Position numbers and translations under genes: made by a program. Of a DNA stretch of 64,000 nt, positions 36,561 to 46,300 are shown in pieces. The notes below the pieces were generated by a model. That model saw only the letters and a program-made list of their open reading frames with translations, was not told the DNA's origin and searched no databases. How positions within the stretch are numbered: position 1 is the stretch's first letter; the number at the start of each line of letters is the position of its first letter. The stretch lies in IMG/VR virus record IMGVR_UViG_3300042526_000204. One strand, written 5' to 3'. This stretch comes from an uncultured virus (IMG/VR IMGVR_UViG_3300042526_000204). Lineage: Duplodnaviria; Heunggongvirae; Uroviricota; Caudoviricetes.

Positions 36561-36779
36561 ATGGAACCAGGAAGAACTTACACAGAACATGAATTAGGAC
36601 AAAAAGTCCAAGAGATAGAAAGACAAGTTAAGTATATATTCAATAAAAGTTACATTCCTACTTTTTTAGTTCAAAAAGCTAATAGACTTATAGCTAAATG
36701 GAAGCTATTAACTAATTGGAAAGAAGACGATACTCCTGCCTATCAAGAACCTATTATAGAACAAAAAGAAATAAGATGA
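36561..36779 (+). CDS. Hypothetical protein
   Basis: Operon ORF. Confidence 0.5.
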   Translation: MEPGRTYTEHELGQKVQEIERQVKYIFNKSYIPTFLVQKANRLIAKWKLLTNWKEDDTPAYQEPIIEQKEIR

Positions 36780-36982
36780 CAGCAGTAGAATTTATAGAGC
36801 AACAATATAACACTAGTGGTAAATTAACACCAGTTGATTTTTATCAAGCCAAAGAAATGGAAAAGCAACAGATAGTTGAGGCACACGCAGTTGGTAGAAT
36901 AAAAGAGTGTAGTGGGATACATACAGATGGAGAGCATTACTACAACGAAACATTTAACCTTTCACAACAAAATAAACCCTAA
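36776..36982 (+). CDS. Small phage protein (MTAVEF...QAKEMEKQQI...YYNETF family)
   Basis: ATGA-coupled start at 36776. The motif is recalled from Flavobacterium-type phages. Confidence 0.6.
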   Translation: MTAVEFIEQQYNTSGKLTPVDFYQAKEMEKQQIVEAHAVGRIKECSGIHTDGEHYYNETFNLSQQNKP

Positions 36983-37019
36983 AAAATGGGGTTTTTATAA
37001 CAACAAAAAGTAATATAAA

Positions 37020-37241
37020 ATGGAAAAAGAATGTAAAAAAAATATTTGTTATTGTTTAAATGAAAAATGTACTTGTAAACACAATGAGGTTTTAAAAAAT
37101 TCTGCATTATTTTATAGAGATGAATTTGCTATTGGATTTGCAGAGTGGTTAATAACAGATTGGCATAATGATGAAAGATGGTCAATTATAACTGATAGAA
37201 AAGAACTATTAAAAATTTATAAAGAAGAAAAAGGATTATGA
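37020..37241 (+). CDS. Small phage protein (FAIGFAEW...KELLKIYKEEKGL)
   Basis: ORF with a Cys-rich N-terminus. Confidence 0.55.
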   Translation: MEKECKKNICYCLNEKCTCKHNEVLKNSALFYRDEFAIGFAEWLITDWHNDERWSIITDRKELLKIYKEEKGL

Positions 37242-37567
37242 CAAAAGAAATTGAAGAACTTTCAGTATTTCCTGGATATGATACAGAAACTGTAGAAGAT
37301 GATATTTTTACTTTTAGGAGTACTATACATCTTCATAAAGATACTGAAGATTGTGTAAAAGTTTATTTGTATCCTGTAGAATCAACTTATGTAGCAAGAA
37401 CTAGAAAAGAAAAAGAACTTGTGATTAAAGCTCATCTTAGAGAATGTCTTAGATTAAGCAAATATTTGAATACAGATGTGTTAGATACTGCTACTTATCC
37501 TTATGTGGCAAGTCTAGTAAAGACTGACCATGATTTCCTAGATAAGTTACACTATCAGTATATGTAA
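37238..37567 (+). CDS. Hypothetical protein, last plus-strand gene
   Basis: ATGA overlap; ends at the convergent terminator. Confidence 0.55.
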   Translation: MTKEIEELSVFPGYDTETVEDDIFTFRSTIHLHKDTEDCVKVYLYPVESTYVARTRKEKELVIKAHLRECLRLSKYLNTDVLDTATYPYVASLVKTDHDFLDKLHYQYM

Positions 37568-37600
37568 AGTGAGGCCCCAATAAGGCCTCACTTTATTTTT
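37566..37600. terminator. Bidirectional terminator between the convergent genome halves
   Basis: AAAGTGAGGCC-CCAATAA-GGCCTCACTTT, an 11-bp perfect stem. Confidence 0.85.
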
Positions 37601-37604
37601 CTTT

Positions 37605-37772
37605 TTATTTACCTTTAACTTTTTTCAAGTTTGGGTTAGCCTTTTTAGCAGCAGGAGATGCATTTCTAGTAGCTGAAGCAAGTATTGCTCCTGCTGCTTT
37701 CTGGGATACTCCTTGCTTAGAAGCAATACTAGATTGTACTGCTTTAAATCCTGGGTGTTTTTTACTTGCCAT
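37605..37772 (-). CDS. 55-aa Lys/Ala-rich basic protein (MASKKHPGFKAVQSSIASKQGVSQKAAGAILASATRNASPAAKKANPNLKKVKGK)
   Basis: TAATG-coupled to the 1871-aa gene and ends at the terminator. It is below the ORF-track cutoff. Confidence 0.8.
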   Translation of the reverse strand: MASKKHPGFKAVQSSIASKQGVSQKAAGAILASATRNASPAAKKANPNLKKVKGK

Positions 37773-40700
37773 TATTCTTCTTTTTTAGGTTTTTTCATTT
37801 GATCCTTATCAAACTTAGTTCTTTTTGGTACAAAAACCTTATCTTCTAAATCTTTAGTTAAGTTTTCTTCTCTAATTAATTTTGCAGCTTCTATTTTTAC
37901 TTGTTTTTTAAACAAAGTCATTGTAGCTACAGGAATATCTTCTACAGATTCATATTTCCAAGATTGTAAAACATTATCTAAAGCTATTGGTAACTTAATA
38001 GCCATCTCTGCTTTATACTTTGTTGATGCTTTCTTAAAATCAGTAGTTCTTAGATAATCTTTTGCCCAAGATTTTTTACTTCTTTCTGTTTCAGTTATAC
38101 TTTCAGCTCCCATTCTCCATCCTTTTAAAGGTTTTTTAAATCCTCCTTCAGCTCCTACTTGTCTTACAGTAGCAGGAAGTAAAGCTCCTCTTAAAAATTG
38201 AGAGGTTTTACTTTGTCCCATATTTTTACCAGTTTTAATGATGTCTTCTTCTTCAGGTCTAAGCCAAGCTTCTAAAGCTTTACCTAATTTATCATAAGAA
38301 CCTTCTAAAGTATTTTTACTACCAAAAGTAGTTGCTAGAATAGTGATATCTAAACAAGTATTAGTTTCTTGAAGAAGTCTTTCCGAAACATTAACAGCAA
38401 AATTATAATAAGGGTGCTCTATTTTTTTTCTTTCTTGTTGTGCTTCCCATCTTTTTCTTTGTGCTGAACCTTCTTCTCCTTTTTTTTCTTCTTCTTCATC
38501 AGGAGGTCCAAAAGCAGCTTGAATAGCTAAATTAAAAGCAACTATTGCTAGACTATATTGTAAATTTCTTGCTATATCTCTAGCAGCTAAAGCTGAGATT
38601 TTCTCATTTAATTTACTTTCATTAAGACCTAAAGCATCTTCTCCAGTTTTTATTATCTGTCTTCCAGCAAGCATATTAATAGGAGTAGCAGGAGTTCTTA
38701 AAACAGTTTGTAAAACAAAATTAACTTGTTTTTTCCAAGTTACTACCATTTCATCTTCATCATCTATTAAAGAAGCCTCTCTATTTGTGACACTTCTAAC
38801 AATATTATTAACAACACCTATTCCAGCTAAAGCAGCACCTATAGTTAAAGGTATTGCAGGATTACTTAAAACAAGAGCTCCTATAGCAACTGTAGAACCT
38901 AACATAATACCAGAACTTCCTGAAGTTTTACCTGTAATTGCTTCTAACATAAAACCTTTTTCTACAGTACCTTTTTTAACATTTTTCTGTGCTACTTTCC
39001 ATCTTGAACTTAAGTATTTAGGTAACCAAGTTTTGTACAACATAAGAGGGGCTGTTAAAACATGCCCTTTAATTCTTGTAACTCCTGTATGAGAGTAATC
39101 TCCATTGAGTTCATTTAGGGCTTCTCTTGTATCTCCTTTCCAATCTAATATACTTTCAGAGTTCATGTCTATAAGAGATTTTCTATTTTCAGGAGTATCA
39201 AATTCTGGAGACAACTCTAAATTTCCATCTTTAAGAGTATAACCATTAAATTTACTGCCTGTAAATAGTGGAAACTCATTTCCATTTATATCTTTAATCA
39301 TGTGACCTGTAGCCATACAAAGTATTCCTAAAGTTTGATTAGAGTCTTCTGCCCATTTCATTAATCCCATAGGATATAAAACACTAAACTCTTGTCTTAA
39401 CCTTCCTTCAGCTCTTTCTAACTCTGAAGTTCCATCATTTATAAGAGCCATTCTTTGAGTAAAAATTCTTAGTATTTTAGCTTGTTCTTCCCATTCTTTA
39501 CTGACAAGTTTCATCATGGGTTTTTTATGAATAAAGCTATTACATTTGTAAAAACTTCCTTTAGGCCAGTATTTACCATCTCTATTTCTACAAGCAGCCC
39601 AACCTGCAGCTTTATTAAAAAACTGAGCAACAGGGTTAGAAATTAAGTTTACAGAAACAGCTAATTTTAATGCTACTGCTTGATATACTGTAGATAAGAA
39701 ATAGTCATTACCTAAATTAGACATAGTATTTTCAAGAGAAGCTAAGGTTTCTTCTTCTTTTTTAGTAAGGTTTTCAAGACCTTTAGCGTTTAAAGGAATC
39801 CAAGATTTTAAAGCAAGTTTATAGACTTCTTTTTGTTCTGCTGTAAAAAACTTATAAAACATTCTACTTCTACTAAACTTTTTACGAGAAAGTTTTCTAT
39901 CTATTGCTATAAGAGCTTTACTTACATCGCCATATTGTTTTTTACCTTTTTTATTAAGCAAGACATTATTATAAAAAAATCTCTGTCTTGCCATTTCATT
40001 CTTTCTGTCTTTTCCTAACTTGTCTTTAATATTTTCAGACTCTTCCATATAAAACCTCACTTTATCTTTAGCTAAAGTTCTAGCTTTATGAACAGCAGAA
40101 ATTTCTAATGCAGCTTTAATTACAGTTGCTAGGTTTGTTTTATTATCTCCCTGGTTATCAAAACTAATCCCAAGAGGTGTTTCAATAATATTATCATCAA
40201 AATACTCACTATTAGTTCCTGATAGATTTTTGCCTAAAAAAGTTCTTACTGGTTTTAAAGTTACAACAGCTTTAAGAACTTTAAGTACTTCAGGTAAAGA
40301 AGTAGGTAAACCTTGTTTTAAAGCTCCTTTCCAACCTTTTTCAAGAAGTATATCTGTAATAGTCTTTTTAAAAGAAGGCAAATCTCCAGCAGATATAAAA
40401 ATTCCAGAGCCTCTTAAATTATCTTCTACATGATATACTCCTTTTCTTATAGCAGTATATAAAGCTAAAATATCAGGATTATTTGCAATCTTATCAAATT
40501 CAGTATCAAAGTAATCTGTAGGATTTCCTTGTAAATCTACTTTTCTAGGTATATAAGTATTGTAAGTTAATTTAGCAGTTGCTGTATTAGCTTGAGTTCC
40601 TATACTGTAAGCTACCATATTTCCTCCATTTAGTTTATAGTTTTCTATAAACTTTAAAGGATTAGACCTTGTTTCAAAAATTGTAATGTTTTTTTGGCTT

Positions 40701-43387
40701 TCAGGGCTAAGTTTACTTTGATCTGTTAATCCTTCTTGATCTTTTTTGTATTGAATATACCCAGCTAAATCTTGTTCAAAAGCATCAAGACTATTTCTTT
40801 GAGTTTCTACAATGTTGTCATATTCAATTTGACCTATAGTATTTATTAATTGAGCTTTGTAAGCAGCAGCTTGAGCAGGAGTACCTAATTGATATTTAGT
40901 ATAATTTCCTGAACCATTTTCAATTTCATGTAATAAACCTATGTCAATAAATTCAGTATCATTATTAAGTAAATTAAACTTTTGAGTTAAAAGTTGTTGT
41001 TCTAATAACCAATCTTTGTTTTTTATGGCTTGATAGATTTTACTGTCTAATGCAATTCTTATAGCTTTTATAAAAGAGTTATAATTACCTGTAAATTTTT
41101 CAATTATTTTATCAGCATATTTACCTGGTCTTATGAATAGGCTGTAATCTTCTCCAATAGCTTTTAATGCAGCTACACCTTTTGCTTCTGCAACAGAGAT
41201 TTCAGTTTTAATAACTGTTTGAGCAGCCATCATTCTGTCTTCTTCTATTTCATACTCTAATCTCATTAAAGAATCTAATACATTGTTTTTTCTAACAATG
41301 TTTTCTCCTGTAGCAAAAAGATAACTTTCAACTTGAGTAATATCACTAAGTTCTTTTTTAAGTTCCTGTCTTACTTCTTCTAAAGATTGAGATTTAAAAA
41401 TAGACATAAGTTTTGATTCATGTCTTTCAAGTAACTCCATTACTACTACTTCTCCTGCATTTTTTACTAGCATTTGAGCTTTATCTGTAAGTGTTCTAAC
41501 TTCTTCTAACACTTTTAAAACTTCTGTTGGATAAAAAGCTTTTGGATTTAAGTAAGGTGTCATTGTATTACCTATTCCTTTTTTTATATCTCCCTCTTTA
41601 GTAGGATCAGAAATCTTCTTCATAAAGTCAAGTAGATCTTTAGCTAAGAAGTAGTTATCTATAGTAGGGTTTTTTAGTAAAGCTGAAACTGTATTTACAT
41701 CTTGTTTAAAAAATCTTTCAATAAGTTCTAACTTATCTACATCAGGTTTATTAAAGTCATAAATATCTGAAATTAGATTGTCTTGAAGATTTCTAAATTC
41801 TTTTATTTTAGCATCAAACTTAGTTGATTTAACTTTATTTTTTTGTGCATACAAGTTTTTTAAAGAAGCCTCTACATGTATTAGCATAGCTTCTTTTTGT
41901 TTTAAGTATGCATCATAATTAGGTTGAGTTACTCCTATTGGAATATTTGCATTTGCTATAGCATTTTCCCCTTCTTCTAAAATCTCTTGTTCAAGTTCTT
42001 TTAATCTAGCTCTAAAATAGTCTTCAGCTTGAGCAGCAGAAGTAAAACTAACTTTTACTTGACCTCCAAATTCAGTAGTAGCTAAAATGGCCCCTGGTTC
42101 TTTAACTCTAGCTAATTCAGCTTCATAAGCAAGAATCTTTTTAATGGTAGAGTTCATTTCAGAAATCTCATCTTGAAGTTCTTCTATTTCTTGATTTTCT
42201 TCTTGAGTATAATCTTCTGCTAAATATTCTTCAACAGTTTTTCCTTCAATTAAATCAGACTCTTCTATATTAGTTGGTTGTTCTAATAAGTCCAATAAGT
42301 CCATTTGAGCAAAAAAGTCTAGGATTTCTTCATTTGTCACTGGAACATCTTCTGTTATTGAATCTGGATTAGGAGTAACTTCAGTAGATAAGATATTACT
42401 TGCTATATTAAAAGCTTGTTCATAAGCAGTGTCTTCTGATTGTAATCCAATAATACTTAATATTTTATCAAGTATTTCAGCAAAAACATTTGGATAAGTT
42501 TTAGTGTTAGAAGCTGGGATGCTTTTAAGATCTTTTATAAAATCTGAGTTAGTGAAAATAGCCACAAAAAACTCATCCATAGTGTAGTAAGCATGAGTTT
42601 CTGATAACTTACTATTCTCTTTGGCATAGTTATAAAGATTTTCAAAATCTTTAATTATGTCTGCATTAGCTACACTTAGTTTACTCCAGGACAAAGCATG
42701 AAGAATCTCATGTAAAACAGTAGACTCAGCTTGACCCATAGGATACAAAGCTTTGTCTGCTACAGTAATACTCTTATCTGTAGGATTATAGTATGCTGTA
42801 GAAGGAATTCCTTCAGCATTTAATATAGAAGCATCCTGTAATCTAATAGGTATATTTTGATCTCCTACTATAGAAGAAAGAGCCTTAGCTAACTCTTTTA
42901 AAGGGTGGTTTGATTCTGAGATAGTGGTCAGAATATTTTGTACAGAAGTTTCTTCTTTTCCTTCAAAAAGTCTTTCTTGTAAATTTTCATCTATCCTAGG
43001 GGCTCCTCTTTTTACAAGAGTTTCTTTTTCAAATACAGGCACTTTAGTAGTGACTGGTATTCCTTCATTAGTAATATTCCAAGTGTATATATCTGCTTGT
43101 CCTTGTTGTTCAAAAACTACAAATACATTTGAATTATTTTTTTTATTGTAAGATTCAATTTTCTTTTTAACAAGACTAGTTTGGAGACCTGATAATTTTT
43201 TCTTATTTATACCAAGTCTTTTAGACATAGGAGTAAAACTAAAAATTTGTTCTTTATTAGGAAATTTGTCAAGTCCATTTACATCCTGCCAAAGAGAAAC
43301 TTTAGATTGAAGAACTGGTGTACTTAATCCTGTCTCTCTTCTTAAATCTTTAAATTCTTTAGTATTTGTATTTACACAATTTGCCAT
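37772..43387 (-). CDS. Giant virion cargo/ejection protein with an N-terminal zincin domain and C-terminal hydrophobic segments
   Basis: 1871 aa; LHEILH at 42698-42712 with a downstream DEF; hydrophobic GSTVAIGALVLSNPAIPLTIGAALAGIGVV. Confidence 0.8.
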   Translation of the reverse strand: MANCVNTNTKEFKDLRRETGLSTPVLQSKVSLWQDVNGLDKFPNKEQIFSFTPMSKRLGINKKKLSGLQTSLVKKKIESYNKKNNSNVFVVFEQQGQADIYTWNITNEGIPVTTKVPVFEKETLVKRGAPRIDENLQERLFEGKEETSVQNILTTISESNHPLKELAKALSSIVGDQNIPIRLQDASILNAEGIPSTAYYNPTDKSITVADKALYPMGQAESTVLHEILHALSWSKLSVANADIIKDFENLYNYAKENSKLSETHAYYTMDEFFVAIFTNSDFIKDLKSIPASNTKTYPNVFAEILDKILSIIGLQSEDTAYEQAFNIASNILSTEVTPNPDSITEDVPVTNEEILDFFAQMDLLDLLEQPTNIEESDLIEGKTVEEYLAEDYTQEENQEIEELQDEISEMNSTIKKILAYEAELARVKEPGAILATTEFGGQVKVSFTSAAQAEDYFRARLKELEQEILEEGENAIANANIPIGVTQPNYDAYLKQKEAMLIHVEASLKNLYAQKNKVKSTKFDAKIKEFRNLQDNLISDIYDFNKPDVDKLELIERFFKQDVNTVSALLKNPTIDNYFLAKDLLDFMKKISDPTKEGDIKKGIGNTMTPYLNPKAFYPTEVLKVLEEVRTLTDKAQMLVKNAGEVVVMELLERHESKLMSIFKSQSLEEVRQELKKELSDITQVESYLFATGENIVRKNNVLDSLMRLEYEIEEDRMMAAQTVIKTEISVAEAKGVAALKAIGEDYSLFIRPGKYADKIIEKFTGNYNSFIKAIRIALDSKIYQAIKNKDWLLEQQLLTQKFNLLNNDTEFIDIGLLHEIENGSGNYTKYQLGTPAQAAAYKAQLINTIGQIEYDNIVETQRNSLDAFEQDLAGYIQYKKDQEGLTDQSKLSPESQKNITIFETRSNPLKFIENYKLNGGNMVAYSIGTQANTATAKLTYNTYIPRKVDLQGNPTDYFDTEFDKIANNPDILALYTAIRKGVYHVEDNLRGSGIFISAGDLPSFKKTITDILLEKGWKGALKQGLPTSLPEVLKVLKAVVTLKPVRTFLGKNLSGTNSEYFDDNIIETPLGISFDNQGDNKTNLATVIKAALEISAVHKARTLAKDKVRFYMEESENIKDKLGKDRKNEMARQRFFYNNVLLNKKGKKQYGDVSKALIAIDRKLSRKKFSRSRMFYKFFTAEQKEVYKLALKSWIPLNAKGLENLTKKEEETLASLENTMSNLGNDYFLSTVYQAVALKLAVSVNLISNPVAQFFNKAAGWAACRNRDGKYWPKGSFYKCNSFIHKKPMMKLVSKEWEEQAKILRIFTQRMALINDGTSELERAEGRLRQEFSVLYPMGLMKWAEDSNQTLGILCMATGHMIKDINGNEFPLFTGSKFNGYTLKDGNLELSPEFDTPENRKSLIDMNSESILDWKGDTREALNELNGDYSHTGVTRIKGHVLTAPLMLYKTWLPKYLSSRWKVAQKNVKKGTVEKGFMLEAITGKTSGSSGIMLGSTVAIGALVLSNPAIPLTIGAALAGIGVVNNIVRSVTNREASLIDDEDEMVVTWKKQVNFVLQTVLRTPATPINMLAGRQIIKTGEDALGLNESKLNEKISALAARDIARNLQYSLAIVAFNLAIQAAFGPPDEEEEKKGEEGSAQRKRWEAQQERKKIEHPYYNFAVNVSERLLQETNTCLDITILATTFGSKNTLEGSYDKLGKALEAWLRPEEEDIIKTGKNMGQSKTSQFLRGALLPATVRQVGAEGGFKKPLKGWRMGAESITETERSKKSWAKDYLRTTDFKKASTKYKAEMAIKLPIALDNVLQSWKYESVEDIPVATMTLFKKQVKIEAAKLIREENLTKDLEDKVFVPKRTKFDKDQMKKPKKEE

Positions 43388-43389
43388 AA

Positions 43390-46300
43390 TTAGTTACATC
43401 TTTTAATTCTGTCTTGTTCTTCTTGACTTAAATCATCCCACTCTTCTTGAGTAATACCTAAATCTTGAATAGGAGTTCCAAAGTTAGTTAAAATATTTGA
43501 GATCATTGCTTCTCCTCCTTGTCCTTCAAGAAGTTCTTTCTTAAGTTCTTGTTTTCTTTCTTCAGAAAGACTTTCTATTAAATCAGACTCTTCTTGACTA
43601 AAATCAAAAATAAATTTGTCTTCTAATAGCATTTGTTTATACAAATTCCCTGCTCTTGAGTCTTCTTCAGATAACTCAACTTGATTTTTATCAGTGGTTT
43701 CTTTATTAACTTCAGTACTTTCTCCATAAGTAACTGCTACATTGGCATTAGGTAATGAAGGTTGCACTATAGTTTTAACAGGTATTTTAGCTCTTTCTTC
43801 TTGAATAAACTTCATTGAAGCTAGAATTGATGCTCTAGCTATAGAATCTTCTTTTAGTCCTGGAAAGATTTCATCTAACATGTTAATAAAGAAGTCTTCA
43901 ATTTTATTTAAAATAGATTTACCTGATTTTAAATAAGGAACACTTTTAAACTCATTGTGAAAATCTTCTGAAGTCATAGCTACAGAAACAAATTCAAATA
44001 CATTTGTAAGACCATAAATTACATTAAGTTCTCTATCTGTGTATTCTATTTGAGGGTTACCCTTGATAGAGTTATTAGCTATTTTGTTTTCTAAAGTTGT
44101 TACTTCTGCTTCATAAACTTTTCTTGCAGCATTGTAAGCTTCAAAAAGAGAAGTCACATGAGCAGGAATAGATACATCTGTTCTTAAAGTCTTACCTGAA
44201 TTATCAAAGTAATCTGTTAAATGACTTACAGCTACTGAGTGAAGAATTTCATGGATAATTAATTCAGAACCTTTCTCTTTAGAAAGTTCTTGTAACTTAT
44301 CTTTAGATAAAGAGATCAATATTTCTCCATTACTATCAGGTCTGCTAGTGTGTCCTGCTAATCCTCCTGGTAAAGATTCAGAAATTCTAATACTTACTAA
44401 ACCTTCTTTTAATAAAGGAGTTAACCACTTGGCAGTTTCAGCTAAAAATTTCTGTTCTTCAGAAAAATTTAAGTTCTGAATTTGCTCAAGTAAAGCTTCT
44501 GGAGTAGTAATACCATCCATAGTAATTGCTTCTAAGATTTTAGTATCTTCTGCAATAGTTGGAGTATCTTCAATAGTATTATCAGTGTTAAAAATAGAAG
44601 TAAGTTCTTTTTGTTTATAAGAGTATTCTTTAATACCTGACTGACCTACAATATCTATTCTTCTATATTCAGTTAATCCTACATTTTCATATAAGTTAGT
44701 TACTTTTTTACCATCTTGAGTAGTATCATAAGTAATAAATTTAGGAGATTTGAACTGATTATTTTCATAAAGTAAAACTCCATTTTCAGTAAACTTTACA
44801 TTTTTAGACCAAGCTCTTTTAGCTTTCTTAGGATTGTTTTGAAAGTATTGTCTTGTAAAAGAAGCAATATCATTCTCTTGAATACCTAAAGCTTTATCAA
44901 AGAAAGTTGGAGAATTTTCTCTATTATTAAACATTTGTAACTTTCTGTTAATAGGTACAAACATATCCTTACCTCCTTTGTTTTCTATTTGGCCCATTAC
45001 TTCCATTAATTGTACAGGAATAAATTTGCTAAATTGAGTAGCTTCTTGCACTCCTCCTTCAAGAAAAGAATAAGCAACTAAATCTTCTGCTAATTGTCTA
45101 GTAGAATAAGGTTTACCATTTCTAGGAGGCAAAGGAAGATTAGAAAGTATTAATTCAGGAATAGCATTGTAAAGAATCTCTTCATCTAAATTATCAGTAG
45201 CTGTATTATTATACTTAATTAAAGAAAGTTCTCCCTCAGCCCCTGTTACATAAGAAAATCTAGAGTATAAAGCATTTTTTAATACAGAATTTACTCCTCT
45301 TTTATTAGTTGTTGAACTAGATAAATCTCTTAAATAAGTTGATACAGAAGTATTACTATCTGAATCTACAAAAGTTTCTTGTCTTTTTGCTTTAGTTTCT
45401 CCTATATAAGTATTGTTGTTAGGATTAGAGTTAATATACTTAATCATTTCTTCCATAATTTTATGGAATTCTTTTATATAAACACTGTCAGCCATTGTTT
45501 CTGGGTTTAAACCTTGAGACAATAAAATTTGATTAATAACAGAATTAATACCTACATCATCATAAGGAAAGAAACTCTTAAATAAAGTGTTACCAGTTTG
45601 AAGTCCATGTATTGTAACATGTCCTTGGGGAGTATTAGGAGTTACATAATAACTACCAATTTTATACATATCATCAGTAATAACTTTTGGATCTTTTTCA
45701 AAATCACCTAAAAGCTTACTTATGTTTTTAATAGGACTATCAGGAAGATTTGCTAGAGCTCTGTAAGAAACACTAGATTCAACTAAAGATTTACCTAACT
45801 CATTAGTATTTAATACTTTTTGAGCTTTAGAAACATTTTTAGCATGCTTATCTAACTCTATAAAAGTAATTAAAGCATCTACTTGAACCATATTATCTGA
45901 AATACCTTGACTAGCAATACCATCATACATAGCTTGACCTGTCAAAGATTTTCCAGGTTTATAGACAGTGCCTGTATCAGCATATCTAAAAGTAGTAAAA
46001 TTTTTACGATCAAAAGAAGACATACTCTTGTCTTTACCAAATGTAATTACACCTCCACTTAGTTTTTCAATGCTGTCTTTTTTTAATTTATTTACATCAA
46101 AGAAATCATTTGCTAAAATTCCCTTACTGTTTTTAATTTGCTTATTATATTCTTTAATACTTGGTTGAGAAAGAAGTAAATAAGGAAGAGCCATTTTTTG
46201 TTTCTCTTTTTCTCCTGGAACAGAAACAAGGTCAGTATCAAATCCTAACATAGTCAATAAAGAGTCTACATTAATAGTTTGATCATTAACTCCTACTCTT

